From Oscillospiraceae bacterium (GTDB taxonomy: Bacteria > Bacillota > Clostridia > Oscillospirales > Oscillospiraceae), in the NCBI GenBank assembly GCA_012513005.1, contig JAAZCZ010000061.1, positions 5,680 through 69,679 of the forward strand: a DNA stretch of 64,000 bases, given 5' to 3'. Below are positions 28,293-37,364 of this stretch, piece by piece. The notes under the pieces were generated by a model. That model was given only the letters and a program-made list of their open reading frames with translations, did not search any database and was not told the origin of the DNA. Positions within the stretch are counted from its first letter, which is position 1. Each line of letters begins with the position of its first letter. The position numbers were made by a program, and so were the translations under genes.

Positions 28293-29312
28293 ATGGATTA
28301 CAAGGAAATGCTAGAAAACGCTCGTGAAAAAATAGGGCCGCTATGTAAAGCATGCCCGGTTTGTAACGGTCTTGCTTGTGCCAACAAAATGCCGGGTCCC
28401 GGTTCAAAACAGCCGGGTAACGGGGCTGCAAGAAACTTTGATGCTTGGCAAAGAGTTTTTGTTAATATGGATAATATTGCCGAAAACGTTGAGCCTGAAA
28501 CAGCGTTTACTCTGTTTGGACGCGAATTTAAGATGCCTATTTTTTCAGCACCTATTGGGGCTCTACCTATGCACTACGGTCCTGCTTATAATGACATCAG
28601 TTATAATGACCTGATGGTTCCAACTTGCGCAGAATTTGGTGTGGCTTCCTTAACGGGTGACGGAGTAGACCCTGAAGTTATGAAGAGATCTGCTAAAGCT
28701 ATGGCAGCAGTCGGCGGAATAGGTATTCCCACTATTAAGCCTTGGAATAAAGAGGCAGTTTTTGAGAAACTTGATATTCTAAACGAAGCCGGAATTTTTG
28801 CAGTGGCTATGGACATTGACGGTGCAGGCTTGCCATTCTTAAAAGCAATGAATCCTAATGCCGGAAATAAAACTGTTGGAGAACTTAGAGAAATAATCTC
28901 ATATGCTAAAATGCCGTTTATAATTAAAGGAATAATGACAGCTAAGGCTGCAGAAAAAGCTGTTGAGGCAGGTGCTGCAGGCATAGTTGTTTCAAATCAC
29001 GGAGGCAGAGTTCTTGGGCAAACGCCTGCAACAGCAGATGTGCTTCCTGAAATTGTTGCAGCTGTTAAAGGAAAAACGGTTATTTTTGTTGACGGCGGTA
29101 TTAGAACAGGCGTAGATGTTTTCAAGGCACTTGCTATTGGAGCGGATGCTGTTTTAATCGGCAGACCATTTGTTCCCGCAGCATATGGCGCAGATAGAGA
29201 GGGTGTTGAGCTCCTATTAAACAAGTACTTATCTGAACTAAAAGACACCATGAAAATGTGCGGCGCATCTGACCTTGAAAGCATTAATTCCGATATGGTA
29301 GCAAAATTTTAG
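28293..29312 (+). CDS. FMN-dependent alpha-hydroxy-acid oxidoreductase family protein with an N-terminal four-Cys motif
   Basis: FMN_dh-type TIM barrel: IIKGIMTAKAAEKAVEAGAAGIVVSNHGGRVLGQ and VDGGIRTGVDVFKALAIGADAVLIGRP. The N-terminal CKACPVCNGLAC motif is not part of canonical glycolate or lactate oxidases. ATG at 28293, 7 nt after GGGAGG. Confidence 0.8.
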   Translation: MDYKEMLENAREKIGPLCKACPVCNGLACANKMPGPGSKQPGNGAARNFDAWQRVFVNMDNIAENVEPETAFTLFGREFKMPIFSAPIGALPMHYGPAYNDISYNDLMVPTCAEFGVASLTGDGVDPEVMKRSAKAMAAVGGIGIPTIKPWNKEAVFEKLDILNEAGIFAVAMDIDGAGLPFLKAMNPNAGNKTVGELREIISYAKMPFIIKGIMTAKAAEKAVEAGAAGIVVSNHGGRVLGQTPATADVLPEIVAAVKGKTVIFVDGGIRTGVDVFKALAIGADAVLIGRPFVPAAYGADREGVELLLNKYLSELKDTMKMCGASDLESINSDMVAKF

Positions 29313-29329
29313 ATTCTTTTAGATTTGTC

Positions 29330-29358
29330 TTGATATTACTTGCTTGTTGTGGTATCAT
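29330..29358 (+). promoter_or_regulatory. candidate sigma-A type promoter for secG
   Basis: TTGATA (29330-29335), 17 nt, TATCAT (29353-29358) with a TG at the extended -10 position. Confidence 0.45.
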
Positions 29359-29399
29359 TTAACAACATTTATTTAAGCACCGAAAGGAATTGAAGACAA

Positions 29400-29627
29400 A
29401 TGACCTTCGCACTTACAATTATACAGCTAATTTCGGCAATCACCGTTACCCTTGTTGTTCTTTTGCAATCCGGCAAAAGGTCCGGATTATCCGGGGCAAT
29501 TTCCGGCGGTGCTGAAACCTTTCTATCGAAGGGCAAGGCTAAAACAATAGATGCCAAGCTGGCAAAAGCAACCAAATGGATTGGTCTTGTTTTTGTTTTG
29601 CTTACACTTTCGTTGCACTTTGTATAA
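29400..29627 (+). CDS. secG: preprotein translocase subunit SecG
   Basis: 75 aa with two TM helices and the conserved LLQSGKRSGLSGAISGG loop. Confidence 0.88.
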   Translation: MTFALTIIQLISAITVTLVVLLQSGKRSGLSGAISGGAETFLSKGKAKTIDAKLAKATKWIGLVFVLLTLSLHFV

Positions 29628-29696
29628 TCCTTGTTGATTTGCATATGAATTAGCAGAGAAAACCTCAAAAAATCAATCTTAGCAATAGCCATTAAA

Positions 29697-29736
29697 AGCC
29701 TTCTGTGATATCATTATCATCGAAGGCTATTTTTTA
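29697..29736 (+). terminator. candidate terminator after secG
   Basis: AGCCTTC ... GAAGGCT stem (large 18-nt loop) followed by ATTTTTTATT. Confidence 0.4.
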
Positions 29737-29782
29737 TTCATAAATGTTAATTCACTGATAATAGGAAGCATGGTGTCAGATA

Positions 29783-32014
29783 ATGAAAGCAACTAATTTA
29801 AGCGACCAAAGCAATATTCAGCATAATTCTGTTGCGGAAAAATCTGCCGACAATAATAATATGCCTGACACGGAGCGGCTTCAGCATAATGCAGAGGCTA
29901 AAGAGAATGCCGAAAAAGCAGATGACAATATAGATAAAAAGAATAGTGAAAGCTTAGCTAAAAATGCTGAAGTTATTGAAGCTGTTGCTTTAAATTCTTC
30001 TGATGAAACCTTGCTGACTAATGAGGAAATCACTTCAACGCAAGGTGCAGATATAGATACTGCCAAAGATAATACTGCAGAAGAAATATCAGAAGTAAAT
30101 GAAGAAGCAAAAGCTACTATTGAATCTGAAACGGAGCCTAACACTGCACCTACTTTAATTTCAAAAATTCAAATCCTTTTTGAGCGCTTTAGCAAGCACT
30201 TTGCAGAAAAAACTCTATTGCTTATATCTCTTATATTTGTTACAACTTTTGCATTATGCGGAACCGTATTTGGTATTTATGTTGAGAGTATAAAAACAAT
30301 ATTTCCTAATGTAGTTGTTGAAGGAGAGCATCTGGGCAATTTAAGCAAAGAAGCAGCCCTTGAACTTCTGATAAATGCAGGATGGAATGATAAATCAAAC
30401 GCACAGAAACTTATTACCATAAAACTTCCTTTAGAACAAAAAATAAAAATTTCTGCTAATAATGTCAGCGCTACTTTTGATGTACAGGATATTGTAGATG
30501 TTGCATATTCATTCGGGCATTCAGGAAACTTCTTTTCTAATCAGATTTCATACTTAAAAAGTATTATTAAACAAGTTGAATTCAGTGTTCCTATTAATCC
30601 CGATACCGAAGTGATAAGAAATCTACTTGCTCCCGAGCTCCAAGGTCTTAAAAAGATAATGACAGGCTCCTGGTCTGACTATGTTGATGAGAATATTTTA
30701 GTATTCAAAGGTGCAAAGACAGTTGAGATTGATGAAGATGAACTGGTCGAAATAATTGCACGTCGTTTTAAGAATCGTGATTACGGAGAGTTTGTGTATG
30801 AGCCTAAAATTGAAGGCTCTGATGAGTTTGATTTCTCGGCATTACACGAGTCTTTGTTTTCTGAGTCAAAAGATGCCTATTATGACGATGAGCAAAAAAC
30901 AGTTATTCCCTCAGAAATAGGCGTTGATTTTGATATTGAAAATGCTAAAGCATTGTGGGAAAAGGCTTCTTTAGGCGAAACAATAAAAATACCAATAATA
31001 ATAACAGAACCTGCGGTAACAACAGAGCTGCTTGAACAAAGACTAAGAGAAAATCCTGCAAAAATAAATACGACAGGTACAACAAATAATAATGGGTATA
31101 ATCCTGATATAGCACCTAAGTTAAACGAAAACTACACTTTTAACGATGTTCTTGGAACTCAGACTACTTCTTTTGCCGGAAGCCCAGCCGGTAGAATAAC
31201 AAATATACAGCTTGCCGCTGCGCTTATTAACGGGAAAATACTTTATCCTAATGAAAGATTTTCATTCAACGGAACTGTAGGGCAACGCACCGCCGGTAGA
31301 GGCTTTCAATATGGTGGTGCTTATGTAGGTGGTCAGGTAGTAGCGGCTATAGGTGGTGGTATTTGTCAGGTTTCATCGACTTTGTATAATGGTGCACTTC
31401 TTGCAAACCTTAGAATAAATTCACGCACGTGTCATTCATTTTCAGTTAGCTATCTTCCCCCGGGGCTTGACGCAACCGTTAGTTGGGGCTGGCCGGATTT
31501 TATGTTTACAAACAGCAGAAATTATCCCGTTAAAATAGCCGCTTCCGTTAATTTAGGAAACAGTACTTTGACTGTGAGCATTTTAGGAACCGATGAAGAT
31601 GGCTCTTATGTAAAAATGACCTATGCAGTTTGGGGAGATTCTATTCGTGAAGCAGTTACCTACCGGAATGTTTATGACAAGAATAATAATCTGCTAAGTC
31701 AAACAAGAGAAGCTTACAGCAAATATTATCCTCACCCGGATGAACCTACAGAGCCGGAAGAGCCGGAACCCACGCCTACTCCGACTCCAACGCCAACACC
31801 TACTCCGACTCCAACGCCCACACCTACTCCGACTCCAACTGCTACGCCCACTCCGTCGCCAACGATATCACCTGTGCCCACGCCAAGCACTGAGCCTTCA
31901 CCAACGCCTACATCGGACCCGGAGCCCGAGCCTTCACCAACGCCCACATCAGAACCGGAGCCTGAGCCGTCACCTGTTGAAACACCGGTAGAAACGCCTG
32001 CCGAAACACCATAA
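29783..32014 (+). CDS. VanW-family (YoaR-like) membrane-anchored protein with an acidic disordered N-terminus and a Pro/Thr-rich C-terminal tail
   Basis: About 140 aa of acidic low-complexity sequence, then one TM helix ([23 protein letters not shown]). The VanW core follows: [13 protein letters not shown]...[20 protein letters not shown]...[11 protein letters not shown]. The last ~95 residues are (PT)n and EPSPTPTS repeats. Confidence 0.85.
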   Translation: MKATNLSDQSNIQHNSVAEKSADNNNMPDTERLQHNAEAKENAEKADDNIDKKNSESLAKNAEVIEAVALNSSDETLLTNEEITSTQGADIDTAKDNTAEEISEVNEEAKATIESETEPNTAPTLISKIQILFERFSKHFAEKTLLLISLIFVTTFALCGTVFGIYVESIKTIFPNVVVEGEHLGNLSKEAALELLINAGWNDKSNAQKLITIKLPLEQKIKISANNVSATFDVQDIVDVAYSFGHSGNFFSNQISYLKSIIKQVEFSVPINPDTEVIRNLLAPELQGLKKIMTGSWSDYVDENILVFKGAKTVEIDEDELVEIIARRFKNRDYGEFVYEPKIEGSDEFDFSALHESLFSESKDAYYDDEQKTVIPSEIGVDFDIENAKALWEKASLGETIKIPIIITEPAVTTELLEQRLRENPAKINTTGTTNNNGYNPDIAPKLNENYTFNDVLGTQTTSFAGSPAGRITNIQLAAALINGKILYPNERFSFNGTVGQRTAGRGFQYGGAYVGGQVVAAIGGGICQVSSTLYNGALLANLRINSRTCHSFSVSYLPPGLDATVSWGWPDFMFTNSRNYPVKIAASVNLGNSTLTVSILGTDEDGSYVKMTYAVWGDSIREAVTYRNVYDKNNNLLSQTREAYSKYYPHPDEPTEPEEPEPTPTPTPTPTPTPTPTPTPTPTPTATPTPSPTISPVPTPSTEPSPTPTSDPEPEPSPTPTSEPEPEPSPVETPVETPAETP
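31771..31975 (+). repeat. in-frame coding tandem repeats (about three copies of a 24-nt unit, then about 2.3 copies of a 36-nt unit)
   Basis: CCTACTCCGACTCCAACGCCNACA repeats from 31775 to about 31846 and encodes [44 protein letters not shown] repeats at 31892-31927 and 31928-31963, plus a partial third copy, and encodes EPSPTPTS(D/E)PEP. Confidence 0.85.
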
Positions 32015-32044
32015 TTTTTATAATAACAAACAGCAAAGGGAGTG

Positions 32045-32067
32045 ATTATCACTCCCTTAAAATTATA
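32045..32067. terminator. hairpin between the convergent VanW and TIGR01440 genes
   Basis: AAGGGAGTG-attat-CACTCCCTT. The T-run is on the minus-strand side (TTTGCTGTTTGTTATT), so it mainly serves the minus-strand gene. Confidence 0.5.
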
Positions 32068-32098
32068 TATATTTTTTTAATATAATATTTGCTTGTTA

Positions 32099-32650
32099 CT
32101 ACTTATACTCTGCTCTCGGACCCCCGATATATTTTGGCCTGCAAAAAGCTGCACAAACTCTGGCATTTCCAATCTTGTTTGAACTTAGCCTTATCGGCAC
32201 TGCAACGGGCTTTAAGTGCATTCCTATCATTGTGTCGCCAATATCAAGCCCCAAATCTGCCTTTACATTCTCTATTGCTACCGGGTCAGAAAATGCTTCC
32301 CAAACTGCCGCAGCAAATGCTCCTCCAGCTCCGGGCTTAGGCACAACACTAACGGGCTCAAGTCCAAGTTTTATTGCAGTTTCTTTTTCAACTATTAGTG
32401 CTCTGTTTAAGTGCTCACAGCACTGCGCAGCAAGCAAAATTCCTTTTGAATTAATTATAGGTATTATCTCATTTACAATCTTTTTTGCAGTTTCGGGTGA
32501 TGAGCTTTTGCCTATTGTTCCTCCGATTACTTCACTACTTGAGCAACCGATTACCAACAAACGGCCATTCATATGCTCATCTGCAATCCGTGGATGCGAA
32601 AGAAGTTCTGAAATAACTGCACGTGTCTCTAATATAATATTATCCTCCAT
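32099..32650 (-). CDS. TIGR01440 / UPF0340 family protein (YwlG-like)
   Basis: Strong by-eye similarity to my recollection of B. subtilis YwlG: LLVIGCSSSEV, AAQCCEHLNRALIVE, VSVVPKPGAGGAFA, DIGDTMIGMHLKPVAVP. I preferred the ATG at 32650 to the GTG at 32662. Confidence 0.85.
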   Translation of the reverse strand: MEDNIILETRAVISELLSHPRIADEHMNGRLLVIGCSSSEVIGGTIGKSSSPETAKKIVNEIIPIINSKGILLAAQCCEHLNRALIVEKETAIKLGLEPVSVVPKPGAGGAFAAAVWEAFSDPVAIENVKADLGLDIGDTMIGMHLKPVAVPIRLSSNKIGNARVCAAFCRPKYIGGPRAEYK

Positions 32651-32706
32651 ATATATCACCACATTTTCAAATATTAACAGCTAATTATAATTATAAGCAT
32701 CTTATT

Positions 32707-33039
32707 TTATTTCCAGCTTTGCCAAACATCAGGGCAGTAACCAACTGTAGCAGATTTGCCGTTTCGGACTACCGGAGTTTTAATAAGGCTCTGGTCTTCA
32801 AACAATTTTTCAGCCCTAGCATTATCGTTAGCCAAATACTTATAAAGTGGATAAGATGCTGATGTTTCATCCACTAGTGCCGAAAGCCCGACGCTGCTGA
32901 GCACAGATTTAAATTCCCCTAAACTAAGTCCATACCGATCCATATCTATCTTCTGAAAGGATATTCGGCGCTCTTTAAACCAGCGCTCCGCTTTTTTTGA
33001 ATCAAAACACTTTTTAGCTGAAAAAATCTGTATGTTCAT
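32707..33039 (-). CDS. ArsC/Spx/YffB-family small thioredoxin-fold protein
   Basis: MNIQIFSAKKCFDSKKAERWFKE... matches the ArsC-family N-terminus but with CxxS instead of the Spx CxxC; the C-terminal IKTPVVRNGK block is present. The ATG at 33039 lies just after the patB-like stop. Confidence 0.75.
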   Translation of the reverse strand: MNIQIFSAKKCFDSKKAERWFKERRISFQKIDMDRYGLSLGEFKSVLSSVGLSALVDETSASYPLYKYLANDNARAEKLFEDQSLIKTPVVRNGKSATVGYCPDVWQSWK

Positions 33040-33040
33040 A

Positions 33041-34228
33041 TTAGATGCAACAACTTTCATTATATGCTGCTTTGAGTCTTTGGGCTGCTTTTATCACATA
33101 TTCTGTAGGGCAGGCTAAATTAACTCTGTGAAAGCCCTCAAATCCCTCACCAAAGCTATCACCTCTTTGAGTATAGAACTTAGCTTTGTTATGTAAAAAG
33201 TCTTCCAAAGAATCACCTGTAATCCCGGTTTTTCTGCAATCTAGCCAGACTAAGTAAGTGCCTTCCTGAACATTAACATGGAAATCCGGAATGTTGATGT
33301 TTACAAAGTTTCTAAAATAATTGCAGTTATACTCAAGCACTTTAAGGCATTCATTAAGCCAAGCACTGCCATTATTATATGCTGCAGTGCAGGCAGCGTA
33401 GCCAATTGCATTTGTGTATTGACCAAGCTCTGAAGTGACAACCTCTCTAAACCTACTGCGAATGTTGTCGTTAGCTATAATAGTATTAGAAACCGTTAAG
33501 CCTGCTATATTAAATGTCTTGCTTGGTGCTGTCAAAATAGCAGAAAATTCCCTAAAGCCTTCCCCTGCTTCTGAAAACACTGTATACTCATTGCTGCCAA
33601 AACAGATATCAGAGTGGATTTCATCAGAAACAACATATACTCCGTGTCGTTTACAAATACTGCCAATTTTATTAAGCTCCGATTTTTCCCATACTCTGCC
33701 TACGGGATTGTGCGGGCTGCAAAGTATAAAAACTCTGACATTTTCACTTATTATTTTTGATTCAATATCCTCAAAATCAAATTCATATCTGCCGTTTTTT
33801 AATATTAAATCCGAGCGCACAAGCTTTCTTTTTCGGCCACTAACAGTTCTGACAAACGGATAATATGTCGGAAAACACACTAACACTCCGTCTGACTCTT
33901 TAGATAAGGCAGTAATAGCAAACCCGATTGCCTGCTCTAAGCCGTAGGTTTGAGTTATCCAATCAGGGGATATTTTCCAGCTGTGATTATTGCTCATCCA
34001 ATTACAAATTGAATCAGAAAAATCTGCAGGCGGTCCGGAATACCCGAAAGTACCATTCTTTATATATTCTGTTAATGCACTGCTAATTTCGGAAGCAATA
34101 TGAAACTTCATTTCAGCTACGCCAAAATCTATCTCATCAGAAGATAGTGGTGCAAATTTGCTGAGCCTATCCCACATGGGCAGGTTTGTGCCATACGCCG
34201 GATGGAGATTTTCAAAATCGTATTTCAA
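33041..34228 (-). CDS. patB: PLP-dependent C-S lyase / aminotransferase, MalY/PatB family
   Basis: CSPHNPVGRVW, VVSDEIHSD and the PLP-lysine block APSKTFNIAG. Confidence 0.8.
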   Translation of the reverse strand: MKYDFENLHPAYGTNLPMWDRLSKFAPLSSDEIDFGVAEMKFHIASEISSALTEYIKNGTFGYSGPPADFSDSICNWMSNNHSWKISPDWITQTYGLEQAIGFAITALSKESDGVLVCFPTYYPFVRTVSGRKRKLVRSDLILKNGRYEFDFEDIESKIISENVRVFILCSPHNPVGRVWEKSELNKIGSICKRHGVYVVSDEIHSDICFGSNEYTVFSEAGEGFREFSAILTAPSKTFNIAGLTVSNTIIANDNIRSRFREVVTSELGQYTNAIGYAACTAAYNNGSAWLNECLKVLEYNCNYFRNFVNINIPDFHVNVQEGTYLVWLDCRKTGITGDSLEDFLHNKAKFYTQRGDSFGEGFEGFHRVNLACPTEYVIKAAQRLKAAYNESCCI

Positions 34229-34237
34229 AAAATTACC

Positions 34238-35893
34238 TCACAGTTCAGTAACAAAAGGCAGTATCATCGGACTCTGCCTGGTGGATTTATAAAGATACCC
34301 TGATAAATTAGCCCTAATTTTACTTTTTAAAACTGCAGTATCAAAGTTCTTCTTCTGCATTGACGCTTCGATACTCTCATCTACAACGCGTTTCATTTCG
34401 CCTATTAAGGCTTCTGCTTCTTTTTCATAAATAAAGCCTCTTGTAAGAATTTCAGGAGGTGCTATAACCGAATGGTCATCTGAAGAAACAGAAACAACAA
34501 CGACTACCATGCCGTCTTGTGCTAAATGCTTCCTGTCTCTAAGCACGACGCTTCCTACATCACCAACGGTTGTACCGTCAACAAACACTCTGCCGGATTC
34601 AACATAGGAATCTGCCTTAATTGCGGTTTTTGAAATCTCAATTACCCTACCATTCTCGGCGACAACTGTGTTTTCGCTGCTCATACCCATTGATTGAGCG
34701 AGTTCAGCATGCTTACACAGCATCCTATATTCACCGTGAACAGGAATAAAAAACTTAGGTTTAACAAGAGCTAACATCATCTTTTGCTCATCCTGCGATG
34801 CGTGACCCGAGACATGAAGATCTGTGTGCCTGTCATAAATGACCTCGGCGCCCTTGTGGAATAGTTCATCAATCACTCTTGAAATAGTTGTTTCATTTCC
34901 CGGTATTGCAGATGCGGAAATAATAACTCTGTCTCCGCAATCAATATTCACCTGCTTGTGCTCAGAAAATGCCATTCTGTAAAGTGCTGACATACTCTCG
35001 CCTTGGCTACCTGTGGAAATAATAACTGTGTTTTCTTTGGGCAGACTCTTTGTCTGCCAAAGTTCAACAAGCACTCCCTTTGGTATCTCCATATACTCAA
35101 GCGCACGAGCTAACTTAATCATGTTTTCCATGCTTCTTCCTGTAACTGCCACTTTGCGATTATACTTAGCAGCTACATTCATTATTTGCTGAATTCGCTG
35201 GATATTCGAAGCAAAAGTTGTTACTATTATTCGTTTATCACAGCCCTTAAAGAGTTCATCAAATTTATCTGCTACTTTACGTTCAGATATAGAATAGCCT
35301 GATTTTTCAACATTGGTTGAATCGGAAAGTAATGCTAACACGCCTTCCCTGCCAAGCTGACCAAAGCGCACTAAATCAATCATTTCGCCTTGAATTGGTG
35401 TTACATCGATTTTAAAGTCTCCGGTGTGTACAACTGTGCCAATTGGAGTTTTTATTGCAAGAGCCACAGCATCTGCTATTGAGTGGTTTACATTGATAAA
35501 CTCAATCTGAAAACACCCGACTTTAAACTTATCTCCTGCCTTTTTTGTGAATATCTGTGTGTTTGTAAGCAGGTCATGCTCTTCGAGCTTTAATTCAATT
35601 ATACCGGCTGTAAGCCCCGTTGCATAAATAGGCACATCAAGATCGGAAATCAAATACGGTATTGCACCTATATGATCCTCGTGACCGTGCGTTATTACGA
35701 TTCCCCTTATTCGGTCTTTATTCTGTTTCAAATAAGTAATATCAGGAATCACAATATCAATGCCGTATAATTCCTCATCAGGAAAACCAAGTCCGCAGTC
35801 AATTAATATAATATCCCGCCCATATTCAAATACGGTGAGGTTTTTACCAATCTCACCAAGTCCTCCAAGCGGAATAATCTTAAGTTTTGACAT
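34238..35893 (-). CDS. rnj: ribonuclease J
   Basis: Metallo-beta-lactamase/beta-CASP motifs: IPLGGLGEIGKN, ITHGHEDHIGA, HTGDFK, SGHASQ. 551 aa. Confidence 0.93.
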   Translation of the reverse strand: MSKLKIIPLGGLGEIGKNLTVFEYGRDIILIDCGLGFPDEELYGIDIVIPDITYLKQNKDRIRGIVITHGHEDHIGAIPYLISDLDVPIYATGLTAGIIELKLEEHDLLTNTQIFTKKAGDKFKVGCFQIEFINVNHSIADAVALAIKTPIGTVVHTGDFKIDVTPIQGEMIDLVRFGQLGREGVLALLSDSTNVEKSGYSISERKVADKFDELFKGCDKRIIVTTFASNIQRIQQIMNVAAKYNRKVAVTGRSMENMIKLARALEYMEIPKGVLVELWQTKSLPKENTVIISTGSQGESMSALYRMAFSEHKQVNIDCGDRVIISASAIPGNETTISRVIDELFHKGAEVIYDRHTDLHVSGHASQDEQKMMLALVKPKFFIPVHGEYRMLCKHAELAQSMGMSSENTVVAENGRVIEISKTAIKADSYVESGRVFVDGTTVGDVGSVVLRDRKHLAQDGMVVVVVSVSSDDHSVIAPPEILTRGFIYEKEAEALIGEMKRVVDESIEASMQKKNFDTAVLKSKIRANLSGYLYKSTRQSPMILPFVTEL

Positions 35894-35944
35894 TATTTTC
35901 TCCTTTGTATAGTTTGTTTGTAATATTATTAAATGCAGCGTCAG

Positions 35945-36544
35945 CTACATTTCAGTTCTGCCTTCAAGTGCTCTTGTGAGCGTTGCGTCATCCGCAAACT
36001 CTAAATTTGAGCCGACAGGGATGCCGTATGCAAGGCGACTTACCTTTATTTCAAATGGCTTTAAAAGCCTGGAAATATACATTGCCGTGGCTTCACCTTC
36101 GGTATCCGGGTTCATTGCCATAATAACTTCATCGATACTTCCGTTTGCAACTCTTGAAATAAGCTCTGAAATTTTTATATCATCAGGTCCAATATTTGAC
36201 ATCGGTGACAGGGTGCCGTGCAGCACATGATATAAACCGTTATATTCCCTACCGCGCTCAAAGCTAAGGACATCTCTTGGTTCTGACACAACGCAGATAG
36301 TGCTTTTATCTCGCTTATCAGATGTACATATACGGCAGTACTCCCCTTCGGTCAGATTCATACATGACTTGCAGGTTTGCACATTTAGCTTGGCGTCAAT
36401 AATAGCTTTTGCAAATGAAGCGGCATACTCTTCAGATTGACTTAGCACATAAAACGCTAGTCTTTGTGCGCTTTTTTTCCCTATCCCCGGCAGAGCCGAA
36501 AACTTTTCTATTAGATTTTCGAGTGAAGAAGGGAAAAATGACAT
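35945..36544 (-). CDS. recR: recombination protein RecR
   Basis: HhH (LPGIGKKSAQRLAF), zinc finger CKSCMNLTEGEYCRIC, and Toprim domain (CVVSEPRDV ... NPDTEGEATA). Confidence 0.94.
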   Translation of the reverse strand: MSFFPSSLENLIEKFSALPGIGKKSAQRLAFYVLSQSEEYAASFAKAIIDAKLNVQTCKSCMNLTEGEYCRICTSDKRDKSTICVVSEPRDVLSFERGREYNGLYHVLHGTLSPMSNIGPDDIKISELISRVANGSIDEVIMAMNPDTEGEATAMYISRLLKPFEIKVSRLAYGIPVGSNLEFADDATLTRALEGRTEM

Positions 36545-36578
36545 TTAATATACCTCAAATTTATTTAATATTAGCTTT

Positions 36579-37247
36579 TTAACTTTTTGCTGAATACAGC
36601 TTTAAATCAGCAATTGCGGCAGCTCTGTCGGAGGATTTGAAAATCGCATTACCTGCTACAAGAATGTCTGCTCCGGCATCGGCGACTAAGGGTGCCGTTT
36701 TGTTATCTATTCCACCGTCAACCTCAAGAAGGCAAGAAGGATTTTGCTTGTCGATAAGAGCGCGAATTCCGCGTATCTTAGGAAGCTGATCCGCCATAAA
36801 TTTTTGACCGCCAAAACCCGGTTCAACTGTCATTACCAAAATTAAGTCCAGCATAGACAAATATGGTAAAATAACTGAAGCAGGTGTTTTAGGTTTAATT
36901 GACAGACCGCACTTTTTTCCGGCTTTTTTAATATCGGCTAAAGCAGTCAGAATATCCTGTGGCTGGTCTGCCTCAACATGAAAGCAAACAAGATCTGCAC
37001 CTGAATTGCAAAACCTTTCTACATATCGGTGGGGCTTATCAATCATAAGATGAACATCTAAGAAAATGTCACTGTGTTTGTCAATTGCTTCTAAAATCGG
37101 AAAACCTACCGAAATATTTGGGACAAATATACCGTCCATAACATCCACATGCAGCAGGTCTGCCCCGCCTTCTACTACGCAATCTATTTCAGACCCGAGT
37201 TTAGAAAAATCAGCAGAAAGAACTGATGGTGCTATCTTTATCATATT
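36579..37247 (-). CDS. rpe: ribulose-phosphate 3-epimerase
   Basis: MIKIAPSVLSADF N-terminus, LHVDVMDG, HLMI, and MTVEPGFGGQKF. I chose the ATG at 37247. Confidence 0.92.
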   Translation of the reverse strand, partial: NMIKIAPSVLSADFSKLGSEIDCVVEGGADLLHVDVMDGIFVPNISVGFPILEAIDKHSDIFLDVHLMIDKPHRYVERFCNSGADLVCFHVEADQPQDILTALADIKKAGKKCGLSIKPKTPASVILPYLSMLDLILVMTVEPGFGGQKFMADQLPKIRGIRALIDKQNPSCLLEVDGGIDNKTAPLVADAGADILVAGNAIFKSSDRAAAIADLKLYSAKS

Positions 37248-37364
37248 AATTCCTCGCAAATATAGTAATAGTATTATACTACCTGTGTCAATTGCACGCA
37301 ATACCCTTGACGAGCGTTCTATTTAGCGATAAAATCAGTCTATTGATGTGTTTAGGGGTACTAA

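Noticed and set aside
29369-29692. 107-aa minus-strand ORF.
   Set aside because: It is antisense to secG, which has the conserved SecG loop, a good promoter and a terminator. The antisense ORF has no RBS.
31771-31975. Possible CRISPR-like or other non-coding repeat array.
   Set aside because: The repeats are directly tandem with no unique spacers, are multiples of 3 nt, and stay in frame inside a long ORF. This is a coding low-complexity linker, not a CRISPR array. No cas genes are present in the window.
31732-32052. 106-aa minus-strand ORF made of (GV)n and GSGS repeats.
   Set aside because: It is the reverse-complement reading of the Pro/Thr-coding tandem repeats of the VanW gene and is not an independent gene.
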